64,000 nucleotides of DNA from Escherichia coli (GCF_016026235.1 NZ_CP065613.1), one strand, 5' to 3'. Numbered from the stretch's first letter, positions 44,355-54,802 are shown. The notes: a model not told the origin generated them from the letters alone. Translations and numbers: made by a program.

Positions 44355-45695
44355 TTAACTCAACAGCTGGAACGCAATCATCCCCACGATGGCACCAACA
44401 GTGCCGAGGATGGTTTCCATCATGGTCCAGGTTTTCAGCGTTTCGGCTTCGGTCGCGCCGGTAAATTTACCGAACAACCAGAAACCGGCGTCGTTAACGT
44501 GGCTGACAACAATCGAACCACCGGCGATACAAATCGACAGCGCCGCCATTTGCGCACCGGAATAGTTCAGTTGTTCAATGACCGGCATCACCAGCCCCAC
44601 CGCCGTTAAACAGGCAACGGTGGCAGACCCCTGAATGATGCGCACTGCAGCTGCCAGCACGAAGCAGGTGATGGCTATCGGCAGGCCCATGCCAGTTAAC
44701 GCTTCGCCCAGTGCCGGACCTACGCCAGAGTCAACCAGCACCTGTTTGAACACGCCGCCTGCACCAATCACCAGCAGAATGATCCCCGCCGGTTGCAGCG
44801 CGTGACCGCAAATCTCCATCACTTTGTCTTTTGGCATGCCCTGACGCATTGCCAGGCCATAAATCGCTACCAGACAAGCAACCAGAATCGCGGTAAACGG
44901 ATGACCAATAAACTCGAACCATTCGTAAGCGGTAGAGCCTTCTGGCACAAAACGCGCGGCAATGGTTTTCAGCCCCACCAGCACCAGCGGCAACAGGATC
45001 AGCGACAGGCTGAATCCGAAAGATGGCATTTTGCCTTCGCCGAGATGCGGTTCGCTGATGTCGTCAGGAATATGCAACTCCACGTAGCGGCTGATGAAAT
45101 TACCCCACAGCGGCCCGGCAATAATCATTCCCGGAATTGCCGCACACAGGCCAATCAGGATCATCCAGCCAAAATCGGCGTTCATCTGCGATGCGAGGAG
45201 CATTGGCGCTGGCCCAGGCACCAGGAACGCAGCCGCGGCCGCCACGCCTGCGAATAATGGGATTACCAGCTTCACCAGGTTCGTACCGGTGTGGCGCGCC
45301 ATTGAGAAAGCAACGCTAATCAGCAGAACAATCGCCACTTCAAAGAACAGCGGTAGCGCACAGACCAGCCCCGCAAGGCCGATGGCATAATGCGCGCGGC
45401 TGTGACCGAAGGATTTGAGCATTTTGACGGCAATCTGATCGACTGCGCCGGTTTCATGTAAGATCTTGCCAAACATAGCTCCCAGGGCGACAACCACCGC
45501 CAGGAAGCCGAGGGTGCCTCCCATCCCTTTTTCCATCGTCGCTGCGATTTTATCGAGCGGCATACCGGAAAAAAGGCCAGCCCCCATGGACACCACCATC
45601 AAAGCCAGGAAAGCGTGCATACGCGCCTTCATGACTAAAAACAGCAGCAGTAAAACAGACCCTACTGCTGTTAAAACAAGCGTTAATGTAGTCAC
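44355..45695 (-). CDS. gntU: Low-affinity gluconate transporter GntU
   Basis: 446-aa GntP-family permease; paralog of the gntT product. Confidence 0.95.
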   Translation of the reverse strand: MTTLTLVLTAVGSVLLLLFLVMKARMHAFLALMVVSMGAGLFSGMPLDKIAATMEKGMGGTLGFLAVVVALGAMFGKILHETGAVDQIAVKMLKSFGHSRAHYAIGLAGLVCALPLFFEVAIVLLISVAFSMARHTGTNLVKLVIPLFAGVAAAAAFLVPGPAPMLLASQMNADFGWMILIGLCAAIPGMIIAGPLWGNFISRYVELHIPDDISEPHLGEGKMPSFGFSLSLILLPLVLVGLKTIAARFVPEGSTAYEWFEFIGHPFTAILVACLVAIYGLAMRQGMPKDKVMEICGHALQPAGIILLVIGAGGVFKQVLVDSGVGPALGEALTGMGLPIAITCFVLAAAVRIIQGSATVACLTAVGLVMPVIEQLNYSGAQMAALSICIAGGSIVVSHVNDAGFWLFGKFTGATEAETLKTWTMMETILGTVGAIVGMIAFQLLS

Positions 45696-45698
45696 TAC

Positions 45699-46226
45699 TT
45701 ATTTGCCTTTTTTAATAACCTCAATGGTGCTTGCCACAACACCTTCCAGCGGTTGATCGATATCCACCACCAGTACATCGGTTTCGTCCGCACCCGGCTC
45801 CTGCAGCGTTTCAAACTGCGTCACCAACATTTGGGTTTTAAAGAAATGGCCTTTGCGCGCTTTCAGGCGGCTTTCAATCACATCAAAATCGCCTTTCAGG
45901 TAGATGAAAGAGAGATTCGGATTACCTTCACGCAGCAAGTCGCGATAGTGTTTTTTCAATGCAGAACAGACGATCAGTGACACTTTATTAGTGCGCTGCA
46001 TAGCAAACGCGGCGTCGTTCAGCGCCTGCAACCACGGTTTGCGATCGTCGTCATTCAGCGGTTCGCCAGACGCCATTTTTTCGATATTGCGCCGTGGATG
46101 GAGGAAATCGCCATCAAGAAACGCGGCATGAAGTTGATGCGCCACTTCACTGGCGACCGCAGATTTGCCGCTGCCCGATACGCCCATCAAGACGTAAACG
46201 TGGTGATCATGGTTAGTCGTGCTCAA
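45699..46226 (-). CDS. gntK: Gluconokinase (thermoresistant)
   Basis: ORF 45699..46247; likely TTG start giving 175 aa beginning STTNHDHH; P-loop GVSGSGKS. Confidence 0.9.
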   Translation of the reverse strand: MSTTNHDHHVYVLMGVSGSGKSAVASEVAHQLHAAFLDGDFLHPRRNIEKMASGEPLNDDDRKPWLQALNDAAFAMQRTNKVSLIVCSALKKHYRDLLREGNPNLSFIYLKGDFDVIESRLKARKGHFFKTQMLVTQFETLQEPGADETDVLVVDIDQPLEGVVASTIEVIKKGK

Positions 46227-46364
46227 AGTGGTGCCCCCACAATACAAGAATTAAAAATGTTACGGGTAACTGTTATCGGTAACATTGTCCAGCCGGACAA
46301 TATCAGAAGCAATATCCATCCGTGCCTTAAGTGTATAAGTGTGAGCTACTTCAAATTTGTGGGC

Positions 46365-47360
46365 TTAAATAGATCCGCCCGGTGACAAGGTGAAACCTAA
46401 ATCTAACATTTTCGGTGTCACAGATTCGCCACGAATACGCGCCAGAAGGCGTTCAGCGCCAATACTGCCCATCCGCTCACGCGGCGTCAGCACGCTCGCA
46501 AGTCGTGGCTCCATCACCTGACCAATGTCATGACCGTGGAAACCGGCAATCGCCATATCGTCAGGAACTTTTAACCCCAGACGCTGACATTCAAACGCCG
46601 CGCCGACCGCCAGATCATCATTAGTACAGAACACGCCATCCAGCTGCGGATATTCCCGCCGCGCCTGGCGAATCAGTTCAATACCGGAAGAGTAAGAAGA
46701 AGATTGCTCAACCATCACGCTATACGGCACCAGGCCTGCATCCCGCATCGCCTGTTCGTATCCCTTCTGTTTGATGATAGTACGTTCGTCGAGACGTGCG
46801 CCGAGATAGGCAATATGGCGATGCCCACGAGCAATAATGGCGGCGGTCATCTGGCGTGCCGCTTCAAAGTTATCAAAACCGACGGCAATATCGAGGCATG
46901 GCGACTTGCTGTCCATCAGTTCCACCACGGGAATCCCCGCCACTTCAATCATCTTTAAGGTGCGCGGCGTGTGGGTACGTTCGGTGAGGATAAGTCCGTC
47001 GATATTCCATGAGAGCATTGATTCGAGACGTTCTTGCTCCATTTCCGGTTTATAACCGTAGTGGGCCAGCATGGTCTGATAACCGTGCGCGTCGGTGACG
47101 CTTTCGATTCCGCGTAATACTTCCGCGAAAACCTGGTTGGTGAGAGAAGGTAACAGGACGCCAATCGCCCGGCTGGTGGCGTTAGAGAGGATATCGGGCG
47201 CACGATTGGGAATATAGCCCAGTTCATCAAGAGCCGCGGCAATCTTGCCGCGTAGAGCGACGGAAACCTGCTCCGGGTTGCGTAAAAAACGGCTGACCGT
47301 CATTTTGGTCACGCCTACACGGTCAGCCACATCCTGAAGTACGGGTCTTTTCTTTTTCAT
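46365..47360 (-). CDS. gntR: Gluconate repressor GntR (LacI family)
   Basis: 331 aa; N-terminal HTH (LQDVADRVGVTKMTVSRFL). Confidence 0.95.
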   Translation of the reverse strand: MKKKRPVLQDVADRVGVTKMTVSRFLRNPEQVSVALRGKIAAALDELGYIPNRAPDILSNATSRAIGVLLPSLTNQVFAEVLRGIESVTDAHGYQTMLAHYGYKPEMEQERLESMLSWNIDGLILTERTHTPRTLKMIEVAGIPVVELMDSKSPCLDIAVGFDNFEAARQMTAAIIARGHRHIAYLGARLDERTIIKQKGYEQAMRDAGLVPYSVMVEQSSSYSSGIELIRQARREYPQLDGVFCTNDDLAVGAAFECQRLGLKVPDDMAIAGFHGHDIGQVMEPRLASVLTPRERMGSIGAERLLARIRGESVTPKMLDLGFTLSPGGSI

Positions 47361-47583
47361 CGTCCTGAAGGTACAAAAGAGATAGATTCTCTTAGTTTAA
47401 CACGGACGCATCAGAACCTTCCCGGGGAAAACAGTGCTTGTTTACAATTATTAGATATACACTAAATCAATTGCATCGCATTGTGCTAACGACGCGGCAA
47501 AACCCCGGAAGCGTGCATCAGCACGCGACCGGAGCGAGCGAGGAAGCCTGCAAAAAGGCAGGCTTCAAAGATGCCGTTGAGTT

Positions 47584-48279
47584 TTAAACCGGCGGCAGAT
47601 CGAACAGTAACACTTCGCTGTCGCTATCCGCATGGATGGAGATTGCCTGCTCATCCCAGATTGCCAGACCATCGCTGGTCGAGGCTTTCACGCCGTTAAT
47701 GGTGACATTGCCTTTCACCACCTGGATCCAGACGCGGCGTTCAGCGGCAATCTGATGCACCGACTGCTCATCTTTCAGCAACGCCCAGCGGTACAGTTCC
47801 ATATCCTGATGCACTTTCAATGAACCATCTCGCGCATCCGGCGAGAGCACCAGCTGTTTGCCCTGTACGGCATCGAAGCGACGCTGTTCATAACGCGGCG
47901 TAATACCGTTTTCTTCAGGCATGATCCAGATCTGATACAGATGCAGACGCTCGGTGCTGCTTGGGTTGTACTCTGAGTGACGAATACCCGTACCCGCACT
48001 CATAATCTGGAACTCACCCGCCGGAACCTGCTCTTTATTGCCCATGCTGTCCTGATGCTCAACAGTACCTTCCAGCACGTAGGTCAAAATTTCCATATCT
48101 TTATGCGGGTGAGTGCCGAAGCCCTGCCCTGCTTCAATCACGTCGTCGTTAATCACGCGCAGCGCGGAGAAGCCCATAAAGTTCGGATCGTAATAGTTGG
48201 CAAAAGAGAAAGTATGCCAGGAGTCCAGCCAGCCATGATTTGCATGACCACGTTCATTTGCTTTGCGTAAGTAGATCAT
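47584..48279 (-). CDS. yhhW: Pirin-like quercetin 2,3-dioxygenase YhhW
   Basis: 231-aa cupin/pirin family protein (HPHKDMEILTYVLEG); synteny. Confidence 0.9.
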   Translation of the reverse strand: MIYLRKANERGHANHGWLDSWHTFSFANYYDPNFMGFSALRVINDDVIEAGQGFGTHPHKDMEILTYVLEGTVEHQDSMGNKEQVPAGEFQIMSAGTGIRHSEYNPSSTERLHLYQIWIMPEENGITPRYEQRRFDAVQGKQLVLSPDARDGSLKVHQDMELYRWALLKDEQSVHQIAAERRVWIQVVKGNVTINGVKASTSDGLAIWDEQAISIHADSDSEVLLFDLPPV

Positions 48280-48401
48280 TTGTATTCGCCCCCTGAATGA
48301 TTTCGATGGGCTTAGTGTGGACCCGATCTGCCTGGGATGATAGAGGGTGAAAATTGACCCCTCTGTTCAAAAAAATTGAACTATTCGAGGGGCCATCAAA
48401 C

Positions 48402-49439
48402 TTACTTAGCGAGAGTTACTGTGGAGGGAGAGGCTTGCTCAAATCCGCGTTCAAGGATTTCCAGATTGGTAAGAACTTCAGATTCCTTGACGTAATTTGG
48501 CGCACCGTTGGTGAGGGTTTGATACAACGCATCATAAACGCGCCCGTAATCGCCCATCTCTGGCTTCATCTCTTCTCTGACCGTTACGCCCTCGTCATTG
48601 ACATACTCCAGCACACCGACAGAATCATCCGCTGCGAATCCCGGTTCGCCCGGCATAATATTAGCCTTCAGGCTGGTTTCCTGCTGGTCGATACCGTATT
48701 TAATAAACGAACCTTTCTTACCGTGAACGATAAATTTCGGATAATCGATTTTCACCAGATGGCTGGTTTTGACGATGGCTTTTAGATCGCCATAAAACAG
48801 TTGCGCTTCGAAAGTATCGTCAGGATTGGCTTTATTGCGCAGGCTGCGGATGTCATAAGCGACGTGATCCGGGCGACCGAACAGAGAAATAATCTGGTCC
48901 ATCGTATGCACACCAAGGCCATAGAACGCGCCATCCTGCGGCAACCCAGGTTTGGTTTCTGCCACCGGGCGGTAATAGTCAAAATGGCTTTCCACTTCAA
49001 CAATCTCTCCCAGCTTGCCGCTTTCAATCGCTTTTTTCGCCGTCAGGAAGCAGGAATCAAAGCGACGATTCTGATATGGCGTGACGGTCAGCCCTTTGCT
49101 TTTCGCCAGTGCAAACAGCTCTTTCGCCTGCGCAAGTGTCGGAGTGAACGGTTTTTCGACCAGCACATTTTTCCCGGCTTCCAGCGCGCGCTTCGCGTAC
49201 TCGAAGTGGCTGTCCGCATGGGTGCAGACAACAACCAGCTTAACATCGGGATCGTTTAGCACTTCGTTGAGATCGCTGGTGAAATGGATATGGGAATAAA
49301 TGGGAGCCTGTTCTTCCGGCTTCGCATGGCGGCGAAAAATATGCGCGACATGCCAGCTATCCTTGCGGTTAAGTACATACGGCAGATGGTAACGGGTGGT
49401 GCTTTTGCCGAAGCCAATAAAGGCGCAGTTGATGACCAT
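48402..49439 (-). CDS. yhhX: Gfo/Idh/MocA-family NAD(P)-dependent oxidoreductase YhhX
   Basis: 345 aa; N-terminal Rossmann fold. Confidence 0.9.
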   Translation of the reverse strand: MVINCAFIGFGKSTTRYHLPYVLNRKDSWHVAHIFRRHAKPEEQAPIYSHIHFTSDLNEVLNDPDVKLVVVCTHADSHFEYAKRALEAGKNVLVEKPFTPTLAQAKELFALAKSKGLTVTPYQNRRFDSCFLTAKKAIESGKLGEIVEVESHFDYYRPVAETKPGLPQDGAFYGLGVHTMDQIISLFGRPDHVAYDIRSLRNKANPDDTFEAQLFYGDLKAIVKTSHLVKIDYPKFIVHGKKGSFIKYGIDQQETSLKANIMPGEPGFAADDSVGVLEYVNDEGVTVREEMKPEMGDYGRVYDALYQTLTNGAPNYVKESEVLTNLEILERGFEQASPSTVTLAK

Positions 49440-49555
49440 GATTTCGTCCTTTTTAAGGTGGTTATTTACACCTTAGCGCAAAGCGGACGTGGTTCCTACT
49501 GGAGTGCGCATAACGAACACAAGCACTCCCGTGGATAAATTGAGAACGAAAGATC

Positions 49556-49649
49556 AAAAAAAAAGCCAGCACCCGGCTGGCTAAGTAATACTGGAAGCAA
49601 TGTGAGCAATGTCGTGCTTTCAGGTTCTCCGCGAGGGTCTTCCTGATCA
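49556..49649 (-). ncRNA. ryhB: RyhB iron-responsive small RNA
   Basis: Minus strand reads GTGATCAGGAAGACCCTCGCGGAGAACCTGAAAGCACGACATTGCTCACATTGCTTCCAGTATTACTTAGCCAGCCGGGTGCTGGCTTTTTTTTT, matching RyhB as I recall it apart from one base near the 5' end; terminator hairpin plus U-tract. Confidence 0.9.
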
Positions 49650-49672
49650 CGAGACAATAATAATCATTCTCA
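49650..49672 (-). promoter_or_regulatory. Fur box overlapping the ryhB promoter
   Basis: Minus strand GAGAATGATTATTATTGTCT immediately upstream of the RyhB 5' end. Confidence 0.6.
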
Positions 49673-49771
49673 TTCGCACTTGTCCAACACTTTTTGCAAA
49701 AAAATGCATTTGACTCGCATTTGAAAGTCAATGATGTTGAAAGGGACATTTACCCCAAAGAGGACAAAGGA

Positions 49772-50260
49772 ATGAGTGAGATAGTAATACGCCACGCAGA
49801 AACACGGGATTACGAGGCCATCAGGCAGATTCACGCCCAGCCGGAGGTGTATTGCAACACACTACAGGTGCCTCATCCTTCCGATCATATGTGGCAGGAG
49901 CGACTCGCCGATCGTCCCGGCATCAAGCAACTCGTCGCCTGTATTGATGGAGACGTCGTGGGCCATCTCACCATTGACGTGCAACAGCGCCCACGCCGCA
50001 GTCATGTTGCCGATTTTGGTATCTGTGTCGACTCTCGTTGGAAGAACCGCGGCGTCGCCAGCGCCCTGATGCGAGAGATGATTGAAATGTGCGACAACTG
50101 GTTGCGGGTAGATCGCATTGAACTAACCGTGTTTGTCGATAACGCCCCGGCAATTAAGGTCTATAAAAAATACGGCTTTGAAATTGAAGGGACTGGTAAG
50201 AAGTACGCATTGCGTAATGGTGAATATGTCGATGCATATTATATGGCGCGGGTGAAGTAA
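49772..50260 (+). CDS. yhhY: GNAT-family N-acetyltransferase YhhY
   Basis: ORF 49694..50260; start at MSEIVIRHAETRDYEAIRQIH giving 162 aa. Confidence 0.9.
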   Translation: MSEIVIRHAETRDYEAIRQIHAQPEVYCNTLQVPHPSDHMWQERLADRPGIKQLVACIDGDVVGHLTIDVQQRPRRSHVADFGICVDSRWKNRGVASALMREMIEMCDNWLRVDRIELTVFVDNAPAIKVYKKYGFEIEGTGKKYALRNGEYVDAYYMARVK

Positions 50261-50496
50261 GATAGTGCCCTTTTTCTGAGATGGAAAAAGGGTGTCATTC
50301 AAAATCGACATACCTTCCTTTAAGGTATTTATTTGCCCAATACATATATTGAGATTTAACTCATAATTACTTCCTAAAGTGTAATATTTTATTTTTTAAT
50401 ATATACGCCTACAATTTCCTGGAGTAAATAAATAACAATTAACAAGCATAATATTGCCATTGATAAAATAGCATGCCATAAAAGGACTTTTCAGGG

Positions 50497-51675
50497 ATGA
50501 GTAATATTGTTTACCTGACAGTAACGGGAGAACAACAAGGAAGCATCTCCGCAGGTTGTGGGACTTCTGAGTCTACAGGTAATCGTTGGCAGAGCGGGCA
50601 TGAGGATGAAATATTTACATTCTCACTCTTAAATAATATTAATAATACGGGGCTTGGTTCACAGTTCCATGGTATAACATTTTGTAAATTAATTGATAAA
50701 AGCACTCCATTATTTATTAATTCCATTAACAATAATGAACAATTATTTATGGGATTTGACTTCTATCGAATAAATAGATTTGGTAGATGGGAAAAGTATT
50801 ATTATATACAACTAAGAGGCGCTTTTTTATCGGCTATTCATCACCAGATCATTGAAAACCAACTGGATACAGAAACAATAACTATTAGTTATGAATTTAT
50901 CCTCTGTCAACATCTTATCGCAAATACCGAGTTCAGCTATTTGGCACTCCCTGAAAATTATAACCGTTTGTTTTTACCAAATTCAAAAAACCAAACAAAT
51001 AATCGTTTCAAAACGTTAAACAGCAAAGCTATTGGCAGGCTACTTGCTGCTGGTGGCGTATACAATGGGAACATTGAAGGATTCAGAGATACTGCGGAAA
51101 AACTGGGTGGAGATGCAATAAAAGGCTATGATCAAATACTAAATGAAAAAACAGCGGGCATAGCGATAGCAACAGCATCTATTCTTTTAACAAAGCGTTC
51201 TAATGTTGATACATATACAGAAATAAATAGTTACTTAGGCAAACTTAGAGGTCAACAAAAACTTCTTGATGGTATAGACATAATAGAAATAATATACATT
51301 AAGAGACCTTCAAAAGACTTAGCTAACTTACGAAAGAAGTTTAATAAAACTGTAAGAAAAAATTTTCTTATCAAACTTGCAAAAACCTCCGAAGCATCTG
51401 GAAGATTCAACGCCGAAGACCTTTTAAGAATGAGAAAGGGCAATGTTCCTCTAAATTATAATGTTCACCATAAACTATCTCTAGATGATGGTGGTACTAA
51501 TGATTTCGAAAATTTAGTATTAATCGAAAACGAACCATATCATAAAGTTTTTACTAACATGCAATCACGAATAGCTAAGGGAATATTAGTAGGTGAAAGC
51601 AAAATCACTCCCTGGGCCATTCCATCTGGCTCAATTTATCCTCCCATGAAAAATATTATGGACCACACAAAATGA
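50497..51675 (+). CDS. yhhZ: Hcp-domain / HNH-type nuclease polymorphic toxin YhhZ
   Basis: 392 aa; N-terminal Hcp-like domain, C-terminal HNH-like segment (NYNVHHKLSLDDGGTNDFENLVLIENEPYHK); AT-rich gene. Confidence 0.8.
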   Translation: MSNIVYLTVTGEQQGSISAGCGTSESTGNRWQSGHEDEIFTFSLLNNINNTGLGSQFHGITFCKLIDKSTPLFINSINNNEQLFMGFDFYRINRFGRWEKYYYIQLRGAFLSAIHHQIIENQLDTETITISYEFILCQHLIANTEFSYLALPENYNRLFLPNSKNQTNNRFKTLNSKAIGRLLAAGGVYNGNIEGFRDTAEKLGGDAIKGYDQILNEKTAGIAIATASILLTKRSNVDTYTEINSYLGKLRGQQKLLDGIDIIEIIYIKRPSKDLANLRKKFNKTVRKNFLIKLAKTSEASGRFNAEDLLRMRKGNVPLNYNVHHKLSLDDGGTNDFENLVLIENEPYHKVFTNMQSRIAKGILVGESKITPWAIPSGSIYPPMKNIMDHTK

Positions 51676-52166
51676 TGACTAAAACCCAAATAAATAAATT
51701 AATAAAAATGATGAATGATTTAGACTATCCATTTGAAGCACCGCTCAAGGAATCATTTATTGAAAGTATAATCCAAATAGAATTTAATTCTAATTCAACT
51801 AATTGCCTGGAGAAGTTATGTAATGAAGTTAGTATTCTTTTTAAGAATCAACCTGATTATCTTACTTTTTTAAGAGCAATGGATGGATTCGAAGTTAATG
51901 GATTACGATTATTTAGCCTCTCGATTCCAGAACCTTCAGTTAAAAACCTTTTTGCCGTAAATGAATTTTATAGAAATAATGATGATTTCATAAACCCTGA
52001 TCTACAAGAACGGTTAGTGATCGGGGATGATAGCATTTCAATATTTACTTATGACATTAAAAGTAACTTTTTTGAAATTAGAGATAATATTGGCACAGAA
52101 AATATATTCAGTTCGTTTAGTGATTTCTCTTCATTCTTAAACGAAATCATGGACAGTTGTTCATAA
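51672..52166 (+). CDS. yrhA: Putative cognate immunity protein YrhA, apparently full length
   Basis: 164-aa ORF whose ATG overlaps the yhhZ stop (ATGA); AT-rich. Confidence 0.65.
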   Translation: MMTKTQINKLIKMMNDLDYPFEAPLKESFIESIIQIEFNSNSTNCLEKLCNEVSILFKNQPDYLTFLRAMDGFEVNGLRLFSLSIPEPSVKNLFAVNEFYRNNDDFINPDLQERLVIGDDSISIFTYDIKSNFFEIRDNIGTENIFSSFSDFSSFLNEIMDSCS

Positions 52167-52249
52167 TAATCAAAAGGAAACAAAAATCATTGTAAACCAT
52201 GCCATCTTTTTAGAGATTACCACCAGAAAATTCCTTGTTCGAAATTTAG

Positions 52250-52414
52250 CAATGCAAGCTATGGAAAAACTTACAACGGAACTACACTCCTTAAGTGAGA
52301 TGGACCGAAGACATGTAGTCTCTATTTTAGCCGAAATAGCTAATGGCTATGATGATTTTAGTGACATGTTGATTTATTTAGAATTTTACCCGAATCATAA
52401 GATTCTGATATCTT
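52250..52414 (+). CDS. Small 54-aa ORF in the AT-rich yrhA-yrhB spacer, possible orphan immunity remnant
   Basis: Uninterrupted frame MQAMEKLTTELHSLSEMDRRHVVSILAEIANGYDDFSDMLIYLEFYPNHKILIS; below the 60-aa ORF-track cutoff; no ribosome-binding site checked. Confidence 0.3.
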
Positions 52415-52615
52415 AAATAAGAAAATCCCGTTCGACGTTCTGAAAAAGAAATCACAAAATATTAGCAGATACTTATTTCGTGACTATATCTTATCCGATG
52501 AACTTTTTTCAAAACCAGCATTTAATAATATCTTTGACGAAGATGAACGCGCCTTTGCTCAATGTATCACACAGGAATAATAATATAACACTCAACAATA
52601 ATATTTATTATAATT

Positions 52616-52900
52616 ATGATTACTTATCACGACGCATTCGCGAAAGCGAACCATTACCTTGATGATGCAGATCTCCCGGTCGTCATTACTCTACATGGAC
52701 GCTTTAGCCAGGGCTGGTATTTCTGTTTCGAAGCACGAGAATTTCTCGAAACTGGAGATGAGGCCGCGCGCTTAGCTGGTAACGCACCTTTTATTATTGA
52801 TAAAGACAGTGGTGAAATTCATTCTCTGGGAACGGCAAAGCCGCTGGAAGAATATCTACAGGATTACGAAATAAAAAAGACTACCTTCGGCTTGCCCTGA
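52616..52900 (+). CDS. yrhB: YrhB (stable heat-induced chaperone-like protein)
   Basis: 94 aa, MITYHDAFAKANHYLDDADLPVVITLHGRF...; synteny. Confidence 0.85.
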   Translation: MITYHDAFAKANHYLDDADLPVVITLHGRFSQGWYFCFEAREFLETGDEAARLAGNAPFIIDKDSGEIHSLGTAKPLEEYLQDYEIKKTTFGLP

Positions 52901-52937
52901 CAAAACAGCCCTCTTCCCACGAAGAGGGCCACTAACC

Positions 52938-54683
52938 TTAGTACCCCGCCGTTAAATCATCCACCGAGCGCGGGTCGGATGCACCATACAGCTCACCGTC
53001 CGGCCCAACCATAATGCTTTGTGTACTGCCCATCGCCTCTTTCAGCGCCACTTTCTGACCTTTTGCTTCCAGCAGCTTGAGCGTATCCGGGCTAAACCCT
53101 TTTTCGACACGCAGCTCGTCCGGCAACCACTGATGGTGGAAACGCGGCGCATTGGTCGCTTCGGCGACGTTCATGCCATAATCGATGCTATTCACCACCA
53201 TTTGAAGCACGGTGGTAATGATCCGGCTCCCGCCAGGGCTACCGGTAACCAGCCAGGTTTTACCGTCTTTCACCACAATGGTTGGTGACATCGACGACAG
53301 CGGGCGTTTATTCGGCCCGACCGCGTTGGCATCACCGCCCACCAGCCCGTAAACGTTCGGTACGCCTGGTTTGGCGGAGAAATCATCCATCTGGTTATTA
53401 AGCAGAATACCGCTCTCGCCCGCGACAATACCCGTACCGAAGGTGGTGTTCAGCGTATAGGTCACCGCCACGGCGTTACCGTCTTTATCCACCACTGAGT
53501 AATGGGTAGTTTGATTACTCTCATAAGGCGCAAGCTTGCCAGGGCGAATCTCGCTGGACGGTTTCGCTTTATTGATATCGATTTGCTCGGCAATAGATTT
53601 GGCATAGGCTTTATTGGTCAGCGCCTGCCACGGGACTTTCACAAAATCCGGGTCGCCAAGATATTCCGAGCGGTCGGCGTAGGCGTATTTCTCAGCCTCT
53701 GCCATGATTTGCATCGCATCGGCACTGCCAAAGCCGTATTTCTTCATATCGAAGTTTTCCAGAATATTGAGGATCTGCACGATATGAATCCCACCGGAAG
53801 ATGGCGGTGGCATAGAGTAAACCTGATACCCGCGATAATCGCCGCTTATCGGTGTGCGTTCGACCGCTTTATACGCCGCTAAATCTTCTTTAGTGATCAG
53901 GCCACCGTTTTTCTGCATCTCCTGGGCAATCTGTTCCGCTATCGTGCCTTTGTAGAATTCGGCCGGGCCGTTTTCGGCAATCATCTCCAGGCTCTTTGCC
54001 AGGTTCGCCTGCACCAGCTTGTCGCCCTTTTTCAGCGGCTCGCCCTCTTTCCAGAAGATAGCCTTGCTGTTTTCGTGATTCGGCAGCACTTCGCTCCCGT
54101 AGGTTTTGAGATCGTCAGCCAGCGCGTCGTTAACGATAAAACCATCGCGTGCCAGTTTAAACGCTGGCTGCACCACTTTGTTCAACGGCATTGTGCCGTA
54201 TTTATCCAACGCCAGCGAGAAACCAGCGACCGTACCGGGCGTGCCGGAAGCCAGATGCGAAGTGAGTGATTTTTTGCTGTCCGGGTTGCCCTGGTCATCA
54301 AGGAACAAATCGCGGGTCGCTTTGGCGGGTGCCATTTCGCGGAAATCGATAGCGGTGGTATTGCCATTTTTCGAGCGGATCAGCATAAAACCACCACCGC
54401 CCAGATTCCCTGCCTGCGGATGCGTTACCGCCAGCGCGTAGCCCACAGCCACGGCGGCATCAACGGCATTCCCGCCCTCCTTGAGGATATCCACCCCCAC
54501 CTGAGTGGCAGTAGCATCTACAGATGCCACCATCCCCTGTTTCGCGCGTACCGGATGAAAGACATCTTCCTCCACGCCGTAAGAAACAGGAGACGGCGCA
54601 GGTGGCGCGGCTACCGTACTAAAACAACTTCCTGTGAGCAGAGCAGCAATGGCCACCCGGCGTAAAAACGTCGGTTTTATCAT
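52938..54683 (-). CDS. ggt: Gamma-glutamyltranspeptidase
   Basis: ORF 52938..54710; start at MIKPTFLRR (signal peptide); Ntn-hydrolase with catalytic Thr in QTTHYSVVD. Confidence 0.95.
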   Translation of the reverse strand: MIKPTFLRRVAIAALLTGSCFSTVAAPPAPSPVSYGVEEDVFHPVRAKQGMVASVDATATQVGVDILKEGGNAVDAAVAVGYALAVTHPQAGNLGGGGFMLIRSKNGNTTAIDFREMAPAKATRDLFLDDQGNPDSKKSLTSHLASGTPGTVAGFSLALDKYGTMPLNKVVQPAFKLARDGFIVNDALADDLKTYGSEVLPNHENSKAIFWKEGEPLKKGDKLVQANLAKSLEMIAENGPAEFYKGTIAEQIAQEMQKNGGLITKEDLAAYKAVERTPISGDYRGYQVYSMPPPSSGGIHIVQILNILENFDMKKYGFGSADAMQIMAEAEKYAYADRSEYLGDPDFVKVPWQALTNKAYAKSIAEQIDINKAKPSSEIRPGKLAPYESNQTTHYSVVDKDGNAVAVTYTLNTTFGTGIVAGESGILLNNQMDDFSAKPGVPNVYGLVGGDANAVGPNKRPLSSMSPTIVVKDGKTWLVTGSPGGSRIITTVLQMVVNSIDYGMNVAEATNAPRFHHQWLPDELRVEKGFSPDTLKLLEAKGQKVALKEAMGSTQSIMVGPDGELYGASDPRSVDDLTAGY

Positions 54684-54802
54684 CGTTATTCTCCAGAGAT
54701 TAAGGGGCAACCCCAGCTAAGCCTGGTATATAACTCTGAATTAATCCTGATGATTGCAGGAAAGGAGTAAACTTAAAGAATATCTTCAGAGGAGGATACG
54801 CG

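Noticed and set aside
44793-45257. 154-aa plus-strand ORF
   Set aside because: Antisense within gntU.
52480-52662. 60-aa plus-strand ORF overlapping the yrhB start
   Set aside because: Overlaps the 5' end of yrhB in another frame; AT-rich low-complexity translation; likely spurious.
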